A stretch of DNA of 64,000 nt. Source: Patescibacteria group bacterium (lineage in GTDB: Bacteria > Patescibacteriota > Patescibacteriia > Magasanikbacterales > UBA922). A model generated the notes under the pieces. It saw only the letters and a list, made by a program, of their open reading frames with translations. It did not search any database and was not told the DNA's origin. The DNA lies in contig JBAZIZ010000003.1 in NCBI GenBank assembly GCA_041651535.1, forward strand, positions 83,357 through 147,356. The letters are read 5' to 3'. The translations under genes were made by a program, and so were the position numbers. Of the stretch, positions 18,797 through 28,099 are shown piece by piece (the stretch's first letter is position 1; each line of letters starts with the position of its first letter).

Positions 18797-18903
18797 AATA
18801 AAAAAATTAAATGATAAATTAATTGTTAATTTATTTTAACTTAAAATTAAAAAAAAAGCAAACCAAATAAATATAAAGTAAAAATATAAAAACAAAAACA
18901 AAA

Positions 18904-18919
18904 GGCGCTCAGAAGCGCC
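18904..18919 (-). terminator. Rho-independent terminator (minus strand)
   Basis: GGCGCTCAGAAGCGCC hairpin. On the minus strand it is followed by TTTTGTTTTTGTTTTT. Confidence 0.55.
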
Positions 18920-19106
18920 TCGAAATAGGATAAGGAAAAGACCACCGCCTTTTCCTGATTTTCTCCTCCACAAAAACTGGCGGAGAAAAGACAAAATTTG
19001 GAAAAACTCTTTTATTTTTTCTTTTTTCTAAAATTGTTTCCAGTCTGTCCGCCATAAATAAAATAACGGAACAAAAAATGATAAAAGCAAAAAGATTTTC
19101 AAACAT
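18909..19106 (-). CDS. Possible small membrane protein (65 aa), or a small RNA
   Basis: Good SD (AGGAGAGAAAG-ATG) and an N-terminal hydrophobic helix. However, the ORF contains an internal hairpin (18943..18966) and its stop lies inside the terminator loop. Confidence 0.3.
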   Translation of the reverse strand: MFENLFAFIIFCSVILFMADRLETILEKRKNKRVFPNFVFSPPVFVEEKIRKRRWSFPYPISRRF

Positions 19107-19218
19107 CTTTCTCTCCTAAAAAAAATTATTAAAAAACTAAATTTAAACTATCATAACTATTTTAAAAAGTCAAAACAAAAAACCCGCTTATATACGGATT
19201 TTTTTATTTTATTTTTAT

Positions 19219-19827
19219 TTATTCTTTAATTCCATCTAAATTTACATCGTAAAGCATTTTTTCATTGACTAATTTATAACTCATAATTTCATCTTCTTTG
19301 AACCAAACTTTTATTTCTCTTTCAGCTTCACTTGGTTTATCAGAACAATGAATTAAATTTCTAACAGCACGTCCATCCATATTTGCTAATTCATAAGAAT
19401 CAAGAGTTAAATCACCACGAATTGTACCTACATCAGAACTAAGAGGTTCTGTTCCACCAACAATTTTTTTGATAATACCGACAGCTTGATTTCCTTCCCA
19501 AATCATCATCAAAAGTGGGCAACAAGTCAAAAAAGAAACATTACCACGTAAAATATCTCGTCCATATTCTAAAGCAGATTTTTCTATTGGTAATCCTGCT
19601 TTTGTTCTATTACTAACAGTAATTTGTCCTTTTTCTTCACACCAACGATCATCTTTATTATAATGACGCAAACATTGATCTTCTGTTGCTAAAGATAATT
19701 TCATAGCAATTAATTTTAAACCTGTTCTTTCAAGACGACCGATTATTTCACCAATCAAACTTCTTTGAATTCCATCTGGTTTGATGATAACAAAACTTTT
19801 TTCTTTTGTAGCTGTATTTAAGCCCAT
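19219..19827 (-). CDS. ndk: Nucleoside diphosphate kinase with ~50-aa internal insertion
   Basis: 202 aa. NDK motifs present: FVIIKPDGIQRSLIGEIIGRLERTGLKLIAMK, CPLLMMIWEG, GTIRGDL, NLIHCSD (active-site His). An extra segment lies between helix A and the Kpn loop region. Confidence 0.8.
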   Translation of the reverse strand: MGLNTATKEKSFVIIKPDGIQRSLIGEIIGRLERTGLKLIAMKLSLATEDQCLRHYNKDDRWCEEKGQITVSNRTKAGLPIEKSALEYGRDILRGNVSFLTCCPLLMMIWEGNQAVGIIKKIVGGTEPLSSDVGTIRGDLTLDSYELANMDGRAVRNLIHCSDKPSEAEREIKVWFKEDEIMSYKLVNEKMLYDVNLDGIKE

Positions 19828-19950
19828 ATTTTTAAATTTAAATAAATTATTTGTTTTTATTTTATACTTTTTAATTAGAAAGTCAAGCTATTTTAGAATT
19901 TAAATTCTGGATTTATGATTTATTTTAATTCTAAAATCTTAAATCCAAAA

Positions 19951-21957
19951 TCATAATTCATCTATACTTTTCAAAAAACTAGTACGTGGTCCATCTTCAC
20001 TTACATATCTAACATTATCAATATCATCGCTAGGATCAAAAAAATTTTCTGAAAAAGAATCAGAATCATTTTTAACTAAATTTAAATTTAATTCCTGTAA
20101 AAAAATACTTGGACCTGACATCGAAGCAAAAACACTGTTTACTGCAGGATAAGTTAAATATAAATATTTTTTTGCTCTTGTAATAGAAACATAAAAAAGT
20201 CTTCTTTCCTCTTCAAGTTCGGAAAAATTTTTAATACGATCACTCGGAAACATTCCTTGAGCTAAACCAATTATAAAAACGACATCCCATTCTAAACCTT
20301 TTGCCTGATGAATTGTACTTAAAATTATTTTGTCTTTTTTTGTAATTACATCTGAATTTTGTTCTCGATTATAACTTTCTTGCAAAGTTGCTTCTGCTAA
20401 GAATTCTTCCAAAGAATTATATTTTTCAGCAAAAAAAGCCATTTGTTTTAAATCTTCATTTCTTTCACGATAATCTTCATATTCAGATTCTAAATAATTT
20501 TGATAATTTGATTGCAAAATATTTTTAATTAAAATTGTTGGTTGATTTTTACTTACATCTTTTATTTTTTCAAAAATTTCCCAAAAATCTGTCCACCCTA
20601 AACCAGCTTTTGCACCAAGTAAATTTTTTACATCTTCATATTTTATAGAATCTTGTTTTTGAATAAAATCAATAATTTTAGTTGCCCCAGCTGGACCAAT
20701 GCCAGATTGCATATTTAAAATTCTTTGCCAAGCAGTCTCATCATTTTTATTATTTAAAATTTTTAAAAAAGCTAAAACATCTTTGACATGAGCTCGTTCA
20801 AAAAAACGAACACCACCACGAAAATCATAAACAATATTACGTCTAGAAAGTTCCATTTCTAAAGCTTGGGAATGAAAAGCAGCTCGGAATAAAACAGCGA
20901 TTTTATCCGGACTAATTCCCTCTTCTACAAATTCTAAAATTCTAGAGCTGATAAATTCAGCCTCTTCTTCATTATTAGCAAAAGCAGTTAATTCTGGGCG
21001 AGTAAAAAAATTTTGGACACTGACTAATTTTTTTTCGTATTGATAATTATTATTTTTTATAACATCATTTGCTAAATCCAAAATTTCTGGAGTCGAACGA
21101 TAGTTTGTTTCCAACTTAAAAACTTTTGCTTGTTTTTTTTCTTCAAAATCTAAAATATTTTTGATTTCAGCTGCACGAAATGAATAAATACTTTGAGCGT
21201 CATCACCAACAACTAATAAATTTTTATGAATACTAGATAGTTCTTCGATAATTAAAGCTTGAATTTTATTTGTATCTTGATATTCATCCACTAAAATATA
21301 ATGAAATTGCTCGGCAAGTTTATTTTTTATTTCTTTTTTTGTAAGCAAAAGCAAATATAAATTTGTTAGTAAATCATCAAAATCCATAACATTTGCTATC
21401 TTTTTTTTCTGATCATAAAGTGCAAAAACACTTACAATATCTTCTTTAAAATCAAGATAATTTGGATAATTTTTTTCTAAAATATTTTCAACAGTAGAAT
21501 TAGAATTTTTAGCATAACTAAAAATACTTTGCAAAACTTTTGGAGCAGGAAATTTTTTATAAGTACTCTTTATATTTTCAGTTTTTAAACAAAATTTAAT
21601 CAAATCACGTGAATCTTCACTGTCTAAAATTGAAAAATTATTTTGGTAACCAATCAGTGTAGAATATTTCAAAAGAATTTTATAAGCAATATGATGAAAA
21701 GTTCCCGCCCAAGGCATTTTTTTTTCTAAAGCATTTAATTTTACAATTCTTTGGGTCATTTCATCTGCAGCTTTATTTGTAAAAGTTAAAAGTAAAATAT
21801 TTTCTGGTTTAACTCCTTTTTCTAATAAATAAGCAACACGATAAGTAATTACTCTAGTTTTACCACTACCAGCTCCAGCTAAAACCAAAGAATATCCATC
21901 GCCATTTTGGATTATTTCCAGTTGTTCTTTATTTAGTTCTTTGGCAAAATCAATCAT
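19951..21957 (-). CDS. pcrA: ATP-dependent DNA helicase, UvrD/PcrA/Rep family
   Basis: 668 aa. Walker A LAGAGSGKTRVITYRVAYLL, motifs II-VI (VDEYQDTN, TNYRST, TIHQAKGLEWDVVF). Confidence 0.9.
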   Translation of the reverse strand: MIDFAKELNKEQLEIIQNGDGYSLVLAGAGSGKTRVITYRVAYLLEKGVKPENILLLTFTNKAADEMTQRIVKLNALEKKMPWAGTFHHIAYKILLKYSTLIGYQNNFSILDSEDSRDLIKFCLKTENIKSTYKKFPAPKVLQSIFSYAKNSNSTVENILEKNYPNYLDFKEDIVSVFALYDQKKKIANVMDFDDLLTNLYLLLLTKKEIKNKLAEQFHYILVDEYQDTNKIQALIIEELSSIHKNLLVVGDDAQSIYSFRAAEIKNILDFEEKKQAKVFKLETNYRSTPEILDLANDVIKNNNYQYEKKLVSVQNFFTRPELTAFANNEEEAEFISSRILEFVEEGISPDKIAVLFRAAFHSQALEMELSRRNIVYDFRGGVRFFERAHVKDVLAFLKILNNKNDETAWQRILNMQSGIGPAGATKIIDFIQKQDSIKYEDVKNLLGAKAGLGWTDFWEIFEKIKDVSKNQPTILIKNILQSNYQNYLESEYEDYRERNEDLKQMAFFAEKYNSLEEFLAEATLQESYNREQNSDVITKKDKIILSTIHQAKGLEWDVVFIIGLAQGMFPSDRIKNFSELEEERRLFYVSITRAKKYLYLTYPAVNSVFASMSGPSIFLQELNLNLVKNDSDSFSENFFDPSDDIDNVRYVSEDGPRTSFLKSIDEL

Positions 21958-22027
21958 ATTTTTTCTATAATACTATTTTTTAAATAAAAAAACAAATTTG
22001 AGAGAAAAAATCAAATTATTTCAAAGG

Positions 22028-22056
22028 TTGCCAAAACAACTTTTTTCCTATATAAT
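22028..22056 (+). promoter_or_regulatory. Sigma70 promoter (TTGCCA, 17 nt, TATAAT) giving a near-leaderless LCP mRNA
   Basis: TTGCCA at 22028..22033, a 17-nt spacer, TATAAT at 22051..22056. The ATG at 22066 lies only ~10 nt past the -10, with no SD. Confidence 0.45.
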
Positions 22057-22065
22057 GAAGCAACT

Positions 22066-23547
22066 ATGTATCAAAAAGATTTAAATTTTTTGGATAATTC
22101 AAAAACAGATTTTCAAGATTTTGAAAATCAAAATCCAACACCAAAAAACAATCGAAAAAAAATCATTATTTGGGCTATTTTTTTGCTTATTTTAGCAGTT
22201 TTTATTACAACAAAAATTACAAACGGAAAAAATAACGACTATTTAGAATATGACCCAGTTACCCTAGAACCACAAGAACCAGAAGGATTTTTAAAAAAAA
22301 TTACTTATTTAATTTTTAATCGTAATGCAAAATTAGAAGGTAGCAAAACTGATAGAATAAATATTTTACTTCTTGGACAAGGTGGTTTAGGGCATGAAGG
22401 TCCATATTTAACTGATACTATCATGATTTTAAGTTATCGCCCTTCAGATCAAGACATTGCTTTGATTTCAATTCCGCGTGATTTGGGAGTAAATATTCCT
22501 GATTATGGACTAACAAAAATAAATCATGCTAATCATGTCGGCGAAATGGAAAAACCAAATATGGGCGCAGCTCTTGCCACAAAAGTTATTTCTGAAACAT
22601 TGGATTTAGATATTCCTTATTATATAAGAATAGATTTCAAAGCTTTTACAGAAATAATCGATGCTGTTGGAGGTGTACGAGTAAATGTTGAAAAAAGTTT
22701 TACTGATAATGAATATCCAGCTGATGATTTTCAATATCAAACTGTTTCTTTTAAATCTGGACCACAAACAATGGACGGAATTACTGCTTTGAAATATGCT
22801 CGTTCTCGTCATGGTGATAATGGTGAAGGTTCTGATTTTGCTAGAGCCAAAAGACAACAAAAATTAATTTTAGCTTTAAAAGAAAAAGTTTTATCTTTTT
22901 CAACTTTGACCAATCCAGTAAAAATCAAAAAAATGCTTGATTCTTTGACTGAAAATATGGTCACTAATATGAAATTTGATGAAATTCTTGAATTTATAAA
23001 AATTGCCAAAGATCTAAATACTTCAGAAATTCATAATCTTGTTTTAGATGATAGCCCAGCAGGTTTTTTGACAAGTACAATTGCAGAAAATGGAGCATTT
23101 TTACTTTTACCAAAAACAGGAAATTGGTCTGAAACACAAAATGCTATCAAAAATATTTTTAATGAAGAAAATCAAAATTCAATTCAAAACCAAAATATAG
23201 AAACAGTGGAAACAAAAGAAGAAGAATCTATTAAATTAAATGAAAAAAATGATATAATAATAGAAATACAAAATGGAACTTGGCAGACCGGCTTAGCAGC
23301 ACAAACAAAACAAAAACTAACTGATAAAAATTTTTATGTAGAAACGATAGGAAACACTAACCCTGATTATAAACCTGTAAAACAAAGCGCCGTATATTTT
23401 TTAAATAAAAATATTTCAGATGAAATTCAAGAAGAAATAAAAGAAACTCTAAATTTTAAAACATTTACAAAAATAGAAGACGAAACAATTTTACCAACAA
23501 ATGACGTTGATATTTTAATAATTATCGGCGACGATTATTTGAATTAA
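22066..23547 (+). CDS. LytR-CpsA-Psr (LCP) family cell-envelope glycopolymer transferase
   Basis: 493 aa. N-terminal TM, then an LCP core (RINILLLGQGG...DTIMILSY...ISIPRDL), plus a C-terminal LytR_C-like region. Confidence 0.8.
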   Translation: MYQKDLNFLDNSKTDFQDFENQNPTPKNNRKKIIIWAIFLLILAVFITTKITNGKNNDYLEYDPVTLEPQEPEGFLKKITYLIFNRNAKLEGSKTDRINILLLGQGGLGHEGPYLTDTIMILSYRPSDQDIALISIPRDLGVNIPDYGLTKINHANHVGEMEKPNMGAALATKVISETLDLDIPYYIRIDFKAFTEIIDAVGGVRVNVEKSFTDNEYPADDFQYQTVSFKSGPQTMDGITALKYARSRHGDNGEGSDFARAKRQQKLILALKEKVLSFSTLTNPVKIKKMLDSLTENMVTNMKFDEILEFIKIAKDLNTSEIHNLVLDDSPAGFLTSTIAENGAFLLLPKTGNWSETQNAIKNIFNEENQNSIQNQNIETVETKEEESIKLNEKNDIIIEIQNGTWQTGLAAQTKQKLTDKNFYVETIGNTNPDYKPVKQSAVYFLNKNISDEIQEEIKETLNFKTFTKIEDETILPTNDVDILIIIGDDYLN

Positions 23548-23551
23548 ACAT

Positions 23552-24943
23552 ATGGCTACACCAGCAACAAAACAAAATACAAATTTACCACAGGTCGTTT
23601 TAATCGGTCGTGCTAATGTTGGTAAATCAACTTTATTTAACACTTTAACTGAAAGTAAAAAAGCTTTAGTTTCTACTATTGCGGGAACAACTCGTACAAA
23701 TAATGAAGCTGAAGTTTTATGGCGCGCCAAAAGATTTAATTTAATTGATACTGGTGGTATTGATAATTATGAAAATGAAAAATTTAGTGAAGAAATTTTA
23801 TTACAATCAAAAAATGCTTTGGAACAAGCTGATATAATCTTAATGGTGATTGACGCTAAAACTGGAATTTTACCACAAGAAATTGAACTGGCAAAAATTT
23901 TAAATACTAAATACAAAGATACCAAAAAATTTTTAATAGCTAATAAAGCTGACAACAAAAAAATAGATTTAATTTTAGATTTAAGAGATTGTGCAAAATT
24001 ACAACTTGGTTCCCCTATTTTTGTTTCCGCAGCTAGTGGTCGTGGACTTGGTGATGTTTTAGATATTTTATTTTCAGAATTCAATAAAATGAAAATCAAA
24101 CCAAAAAAAATAAAAAAAGAAAAAGATGAACCCATAATTAAAATAGCTTTAATTGGCAAACCAAATGTTGGTAAATCTTCAATTTTTAATAAATTGATTG
24201 GCGAAGAAAAAGTAATTGTTAGCGCCAAAGCTCATACTACTCGTGAACCTTTTGATACAGAAATGGAGTATGAATATCAAGGAAAAAAATATCGTTTGAT
24301 TTTTATTGATACTGCTGGAATCAGAAGAAAAAATAAAGTAAGCGGACATTTAGAAAGAGAAGGTATTGCCAAAAGTATTCAAACTGCCCAAAATGCTGAT
24401 ATTATTTTATTAGTTTTAGATGCTAGTGAAATTATTTCTAGTCAAGATATGCAACTTGCTGGACTCATTGAAAAAAGAAGCAAATCAGTTCTAATTTTAT
24501 TAAACAAATGGGATTTAGCTGAAGATAATAGTGATCGTGTTCGTAATGAAACAAAAAAATTGGTTTATGCACATTTTCCCCATTTAGATTTTGCTCCGAT
24601 TTTATTTATTAGTGGAAAAACTGGTTATAGAACACAACAAATTTTCCCAGATATAATAAAATTACATGATGCTCGTCAGACTGAAATACCACGTTATGCT
24701 TTAGAAAAATTTATGAAAAAAATCACTACTGAACATCAACCAGCTCGAGGAAAAGGAATTCGTCATCCAAAAATTGTTGGCTTTCGTCAAATAAATACTG
24801 AACCACCAATTTTTGAATTATTTATCAAACACCGTACTTCTCTTCATCGTTCTTATATAAATTATATAGAAAATAGATTACGAGAAGAATTTAATTTTTA
24901 CGGGACACCTCTCGTTATAAAACTTACTAAAACAAAAAGTTAA
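23552..24943 (+). CDS. der: Ribosome-associated GTPase Der/EngA
   Basis: 463 aa with two tandem GTPase domains (GRANVGKSTLFN and GKPNVGKSSIFN, each with a DTAG motif) and a C-terminal KH-like domain. Confidence 0.9.
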   Translation: MATPATKQNTNLPQVVLIGRANVGKSTLFNTLTESKKALVSTIAGTTRTNNEAEVLWRAKRFNLIDTGGIDNYENEKFSEEILLQSKNALEQADIILMVIDAKTGILPQEIELAKILNTKYKDTKKFLIANKADNKKIDLILDLRDCAKLQLGSPIFVSAASGRGLGDVLDILFSEFNKMKIKPKKIKKEKDEPIIKIALIGKPNVGKSSIFNKLIGEEKVIVSAKAHTTREPFDTEMEYEYQGKKYRLIFIDTAGIRRKNKVSGHLEREGIAKSIQTAQNADIILLVLDASEIISSQDMQLAGLIEKRSKSVLILLNKWDLAEDNSDRVRNETKKLVYAHFPHLDFAPILFISGKTGYRTQQIFPDIIKLHDARQTEIPRYALEKFMKKITTEHQPARGKGIRHPKIVGFRQINTEPPIFELFIKHRTSLHRSYINYIENRLREEFNFYGTPLVIKLTKTKS

Positions 24944-24953
24944 TTTTAAATAT

Positions 24954-25499
24954 ATGAAACTGATTGTTGGTCTTGGGAACCCAGGAAAAAGTTATGAAAA
25001 AACCAGACATAATGTTGGTTTTATGATGGTTGACAAAATACAAAAAGAATTAAAAAAATATAATATCAACGAATGGGAGATTAGCAAAAAGTTTAATGCG
25101 GAAATTTGTGGTTGTACAGTTGGTGAAGAAAAAATAATTTTAGCTAAACCGCTTACTTTTATGAATAATTCTGGTGAAGCAGTCGGGCTTATCATGCATT
25201 ATTATAAAATCAATATCAAAGATTTAATTGTGGTTCATGACGACAAAGATATCCAACTTGGTGAATATAAAATTCAAGAAAATAAAGAATCTGCTGGACA
25301 CAATGGTGTGAAATCAATTATCCAAATTTTAAATAATAAAAATTTTACTCGAGTTCGAATCGGCGTTGCTAGTTCTAATCAAAAAAAGATGGCAGACACC
25401 GCAAAATTTGTTTTAGCAAAATTTAGTTTATTCGAAAGAAAAAAAATTGAAACAATGATTGCTGAAACAGCAAAAAAAACTTTGGAAATTATTTTTTAA
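24954..25499 (+). CDS. pth: Peptidyl-tRNA hydrolase
   Basis: 181 aa. MKLIVGLGNPGKSYEKTRHNVGF and the LAKPLTFMNNSG motif. Confidence 0.9.
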   Translation: MKLIVGLGNPGKSYEKTRHNVGFMMVDKIQKELKKYNINEWEISKKFNAEICGCTVGEEKIILAKPLTFMNNSGEAVGLIMHYYKINIKDLIVVHDDKDIQLGEYKIQENKESAGHNGVKSIIQILNNKNFTRVRIGVASSNQKKMADTAKFVLAKFSLFERKKIETMIAETAKKTLEIIF

Positions 25500-25509
25500 T
25501 AAAAAAATT

Positions 25510-26604
25510 ATGGAGGGTTTAACTAAAGAAATTTGGCCGGTTTTTTTTCCAAAGATGACTTGTAAACGCTACCAAGAATTGTTGGCGTTTTTTGATTCTC
25601 CAAAAAATATTTGGGAAGGAACTGAAAATGATTTTTTAAAAGCTGGTTGGAAAAAAGAAATTATAGAAAATTTTTTTGTTTGGAAAAAAGATTTTATTTT
25701 AAAACAAAAAGATGACTATGAAAAAATATTTTTCCGTGATGAAATAAGTTGTTTAACTTATGACAATCAAGCTTATCCAAAAAATTTAAAAAATATTTTT
25801 GATCCGCCTACTTGTATTTTTATACGTGGAACTTTAGCGATAGACAAAATTTTTTTAGCTGTTGTTGGTTCACGCAAAAACACTTTTTACGGTCGACAAA
25901 TAACTGAAAAATTAATCACCGAATTAGATAACAATTTAGTTATAGTCAGTGGACTGGCTTTTGGTATTGATAGTATCGCACATCAAACTTGTTTAAAAAA
26001 TAAAAAATCTACGATTGCAGTTTTAGGAGGCGGAATAAACACAGAAAATATTTATCCAAAAGAACATCATAATTTAGCAATAGAGATTATTAATAATGGT
26101 GGGGCTCTTATTTCTGAATATCCTCCTTTGACCGAACCAAATTCTTTTACTTTTCCAAAAAGAAATAGAATTATCGCTGGACTTTGTGAAGCTGTTTTAG
26201 TAATTGAAGCTACGCAAAAATCAGGAGCTCTCATCACTGCCGAATGTGCTTTGCAAAACGGACGTGAAGTTTTTGCTGTACCTCAAAATATAAATTCAGA
26301 AAATTCTTATGGCGTAAATGAATTATTAAAAAATGGTGCAGCATTAGTAAATTCAACAGCTGATATAAGCAGTGTTTTAAACTTGCAAAATACAGCAGAT
26401 TGTGTTAAAAATAAAATTATTCAAACTACAAATGAACAAGAAAAAATTATTTTAAAACTTTTAGATGGACAAGGAGTCCATATTGATTTTTTGATAAAAA
26501 ATAGTGGATTAAATAGTCAAATCGTCAATTCCACCTTAGCGTTTATGGAATTAAAAGGTTGGATAAAAAATTTAGGAAATATGACTTATATTTTAAATAA
26601 TTAA
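25510..26604 (+). CDS. dprA: DNA-processing protein DprA/Smf
   Basis: Rossmann-like DprA core (VVGSRKNTFYGRQITEKL, VSGLAFGIDSIAHQ). Start moved from 25459 to the ATG at 25510 (MEGLTKE...) to avoid a 40-nt overlap with pth. The alternative start at 25459 is possible. Confidence 0.8.
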   Translation: MEGLTKEIWPVFFPKMTCKRYQELLAFFDSPKNIWEGTENDFLKAGWKKEIIENFFVWKKDFILKQKDDYEKIFFRDEISCLTYDNQAYPKNLKNIFDPPTCIFIRGTLAIDKIFLAVVGSRKNTFYGRQITEKLITELDNNLVIVSGLAFGIDSIAHQTCLKNKKSTIAVLGGGINTENIYPKEHHNLAIEIINNGGALISEYPPLTEPNSFTFPKRNRIIAGLCEAVLVIEATQKSGALITAECALQNGREVFAVPQNINSENSYGVNELLKNGAALVNSTADISSVLNLQNTADCVKNKIIQTTNEQEKIILKLLDGQGVHIDFLIKNSGLNSQIVNSTLAFMELKGWIKNLGNMTYILNN

Positions 26605-26606
26605 TT

Positions 26607-27911
26607 ATGAATTTTGATCAAGCTTATAATTATCTTTTGTCTTTAAATAATTTACCACGGCAAGAATACATGAGAGACGGAAAAAAATGCGATTTATATT
26701 TACAAAGAATTCGCTTTTTTTTGAAATTAATTGGCAATCCCGAAAAAAAAATAAAAAATTATATCCACGTCACTGGTACTAGTGGCAAAGGATCAACCGT
26801 AACTTTTTTACATAATATTTTATTAGCTAATGGCAAAAAAGTTGCTTCTAGTTTGTCACCTCATCATATAATTATTACCGAACGTTGGAAAGTTGCTGAC
26901 AAAAATATGAGCAAAAAAGAATTTGTTGATATAATGAATTTTTTAAAACCAAAATTAGATGCTTATGTTCGTTTGAGTCCTTATGATATGTTATCTTTTT
27001 TTGAAATAACCGAAATTATTGGTTTTATTTTTTTTAGTCGCAAAAAAGTTGATTGGGCGATTTTAGAGGTTGGTTGCGGCGGACGATTTGATTCCAGTAA
27101 TATTATTCCGCATAAAAAAATAGCTGTGATTACTAATATTGGACTTGATCATCTTGGACTAATTGGTAATAACAAAGAAGAAATCGCTTATGAAAAATCA
27201 GGAATAATAAAAGCAAATTGTGAAGTTTTTACTAGTGAAAAAAATGAAAAGATTTTAAAAATAATTAAAAAAGAATGTCAAAAAAATAAAGTAAATTTAA
27301 ATATTATAAATAAATCTAAGTATAAAATAAAAAAACAAGAACTAGATTTTACAAAATTTACATATAAAAATAACAATTATCAAATAAATACTTTTGGCGA
27401 GCATCAAATAAACAATACTATTTTGACAATTGAAATTGCAAATTTTTTGAAACTTGATCCTGAAAAGACAAAAATAGGTCTTGAAAAAACAAAACAAAGT
27501 TTACGTTTAGAAATAATAAATAAAAATCCACTTATTATACTTGATGGAGCTCATAATCCTGACAAGATGAAAACAACAGTGAAAGCAATTAAAAAAAAGA
27601 ATAAAATAGTAAATTTAGTCGTTGGTTTTTCTGGCGACAAAAATATAGAAAATCAAATAAAACAGCTTTGTGAATTAAAATTAAAAAACGTAATTTTGAC
27701 TAGAAATACTAATAATATTTTTCGCAAAGTAGCTGATCCAAAATTTTTAGAACAAAAATTTAAAAAACAAAATCCAAAAATAAAAACTAAAATTTTTTTA
27801 GATCCAAAAGATGCTTATGACTTTGCAAAAAGTAAAACAAAGAAAGATAAAATTTTACTTGTTACTGGCAGTATTTTTTTGAGTGGAGAAATAAAAAAAT
27901 TTATAATTTAA
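26607..27911 (+). CDS. folC: Folylpolyglutamate synthase / dihydrofolate synthase (Mur ligase family)
   Basis: 434 aa. P-loop IHVTGTSGKGST, Mur-ligase middle domain, and DGAHNPD in the C-terminal domain. Confidence 0.75.
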   Translation: MNFDQAYNYLLSLNNLPRQEYMRDGKKCDLYLQRIRFFLKLIGNPEKKIKNYIHVTGTSGKGSTVTFLHNILLANGKKVASSLSPHHIIITERWKVADKNMSKKEFVDIMNFLKPKLDAYVRLSPYDMLSFFEITEIIGFIFFSRKKVDWAILEVGCGGRFDSSNIIPHKKIAVITNIGLDHLGLIGNNKEEIAYEKSGIIKANCEVFTSEKNEKILKIIKKECQKNKVNLNIINKSKYKIKKQELDFTKFTYKNNNYQINTFGEHQINNTILTIEIANFLKLDPEKTKIGLEKTKQSLRLEIINKNPLIILDGAHNPDKMKTTVKAIKKKNKIVNLVVGFSGDKNIENQIKQLCELKLKNVILTRNTNNIFRKVADPKFLEQKFKKQNPKIKTKIFLDPKDAYDFAKSKTKKDKILLVTGSIFLSGEIKKFII

Positions 27912-28099
27912 GAATTTAGATTTTAGAATTAAAAGAACACATCAGACAACTACATCGTAAATAAATTCATCTTTTTTCAGCACCCTTAAGTAAAGTTAAA
28001 TAAATTCATAATTCATAATTCCTAAATCATAAATCTAAAATCTTTACTTATTTGACATAATCCTCTTTTTATTTTATGCTGTAAAACATAAAAAATCTT

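Noticed and set aside
22606-23009. Further short embedded antisense ORFs in the second half of the window: 22606..22860, 22809..23009, 23515..23730, 23767..24228, 24992..25195, 28149..28340, 29254..29493, 30673..30903, 33607..33951, 34883..35065, 35469..35651, 35948..36139, 37454..37744, 38222..38557, 40320..40732, 42787..43008, 43299..43574, 46526..46747, 48206..48406, 49997..50209, 53348..53741, 54167..54421, 54581..54778, 55190..55381, 55872..56108, 56306..56530, 57169..57439, 59004..59192, 62054..62236, 62517..62717, 63021..63224
   Set aside because: All are antisense to or nested within confidently identified genes and show AT-codon low-complexity translations.
25459-25509. Upstream start for dprA at 25459 (as in ORF track)
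   Set aside because: Would overlap pth by 40 nt and adds a non-conserved Lys-rich N-terminus. The ATG at 25510 directly follows the pth stop. Likewise folA 50637 is moved to 50685, and the TTG at 57724 to ATG 57730.
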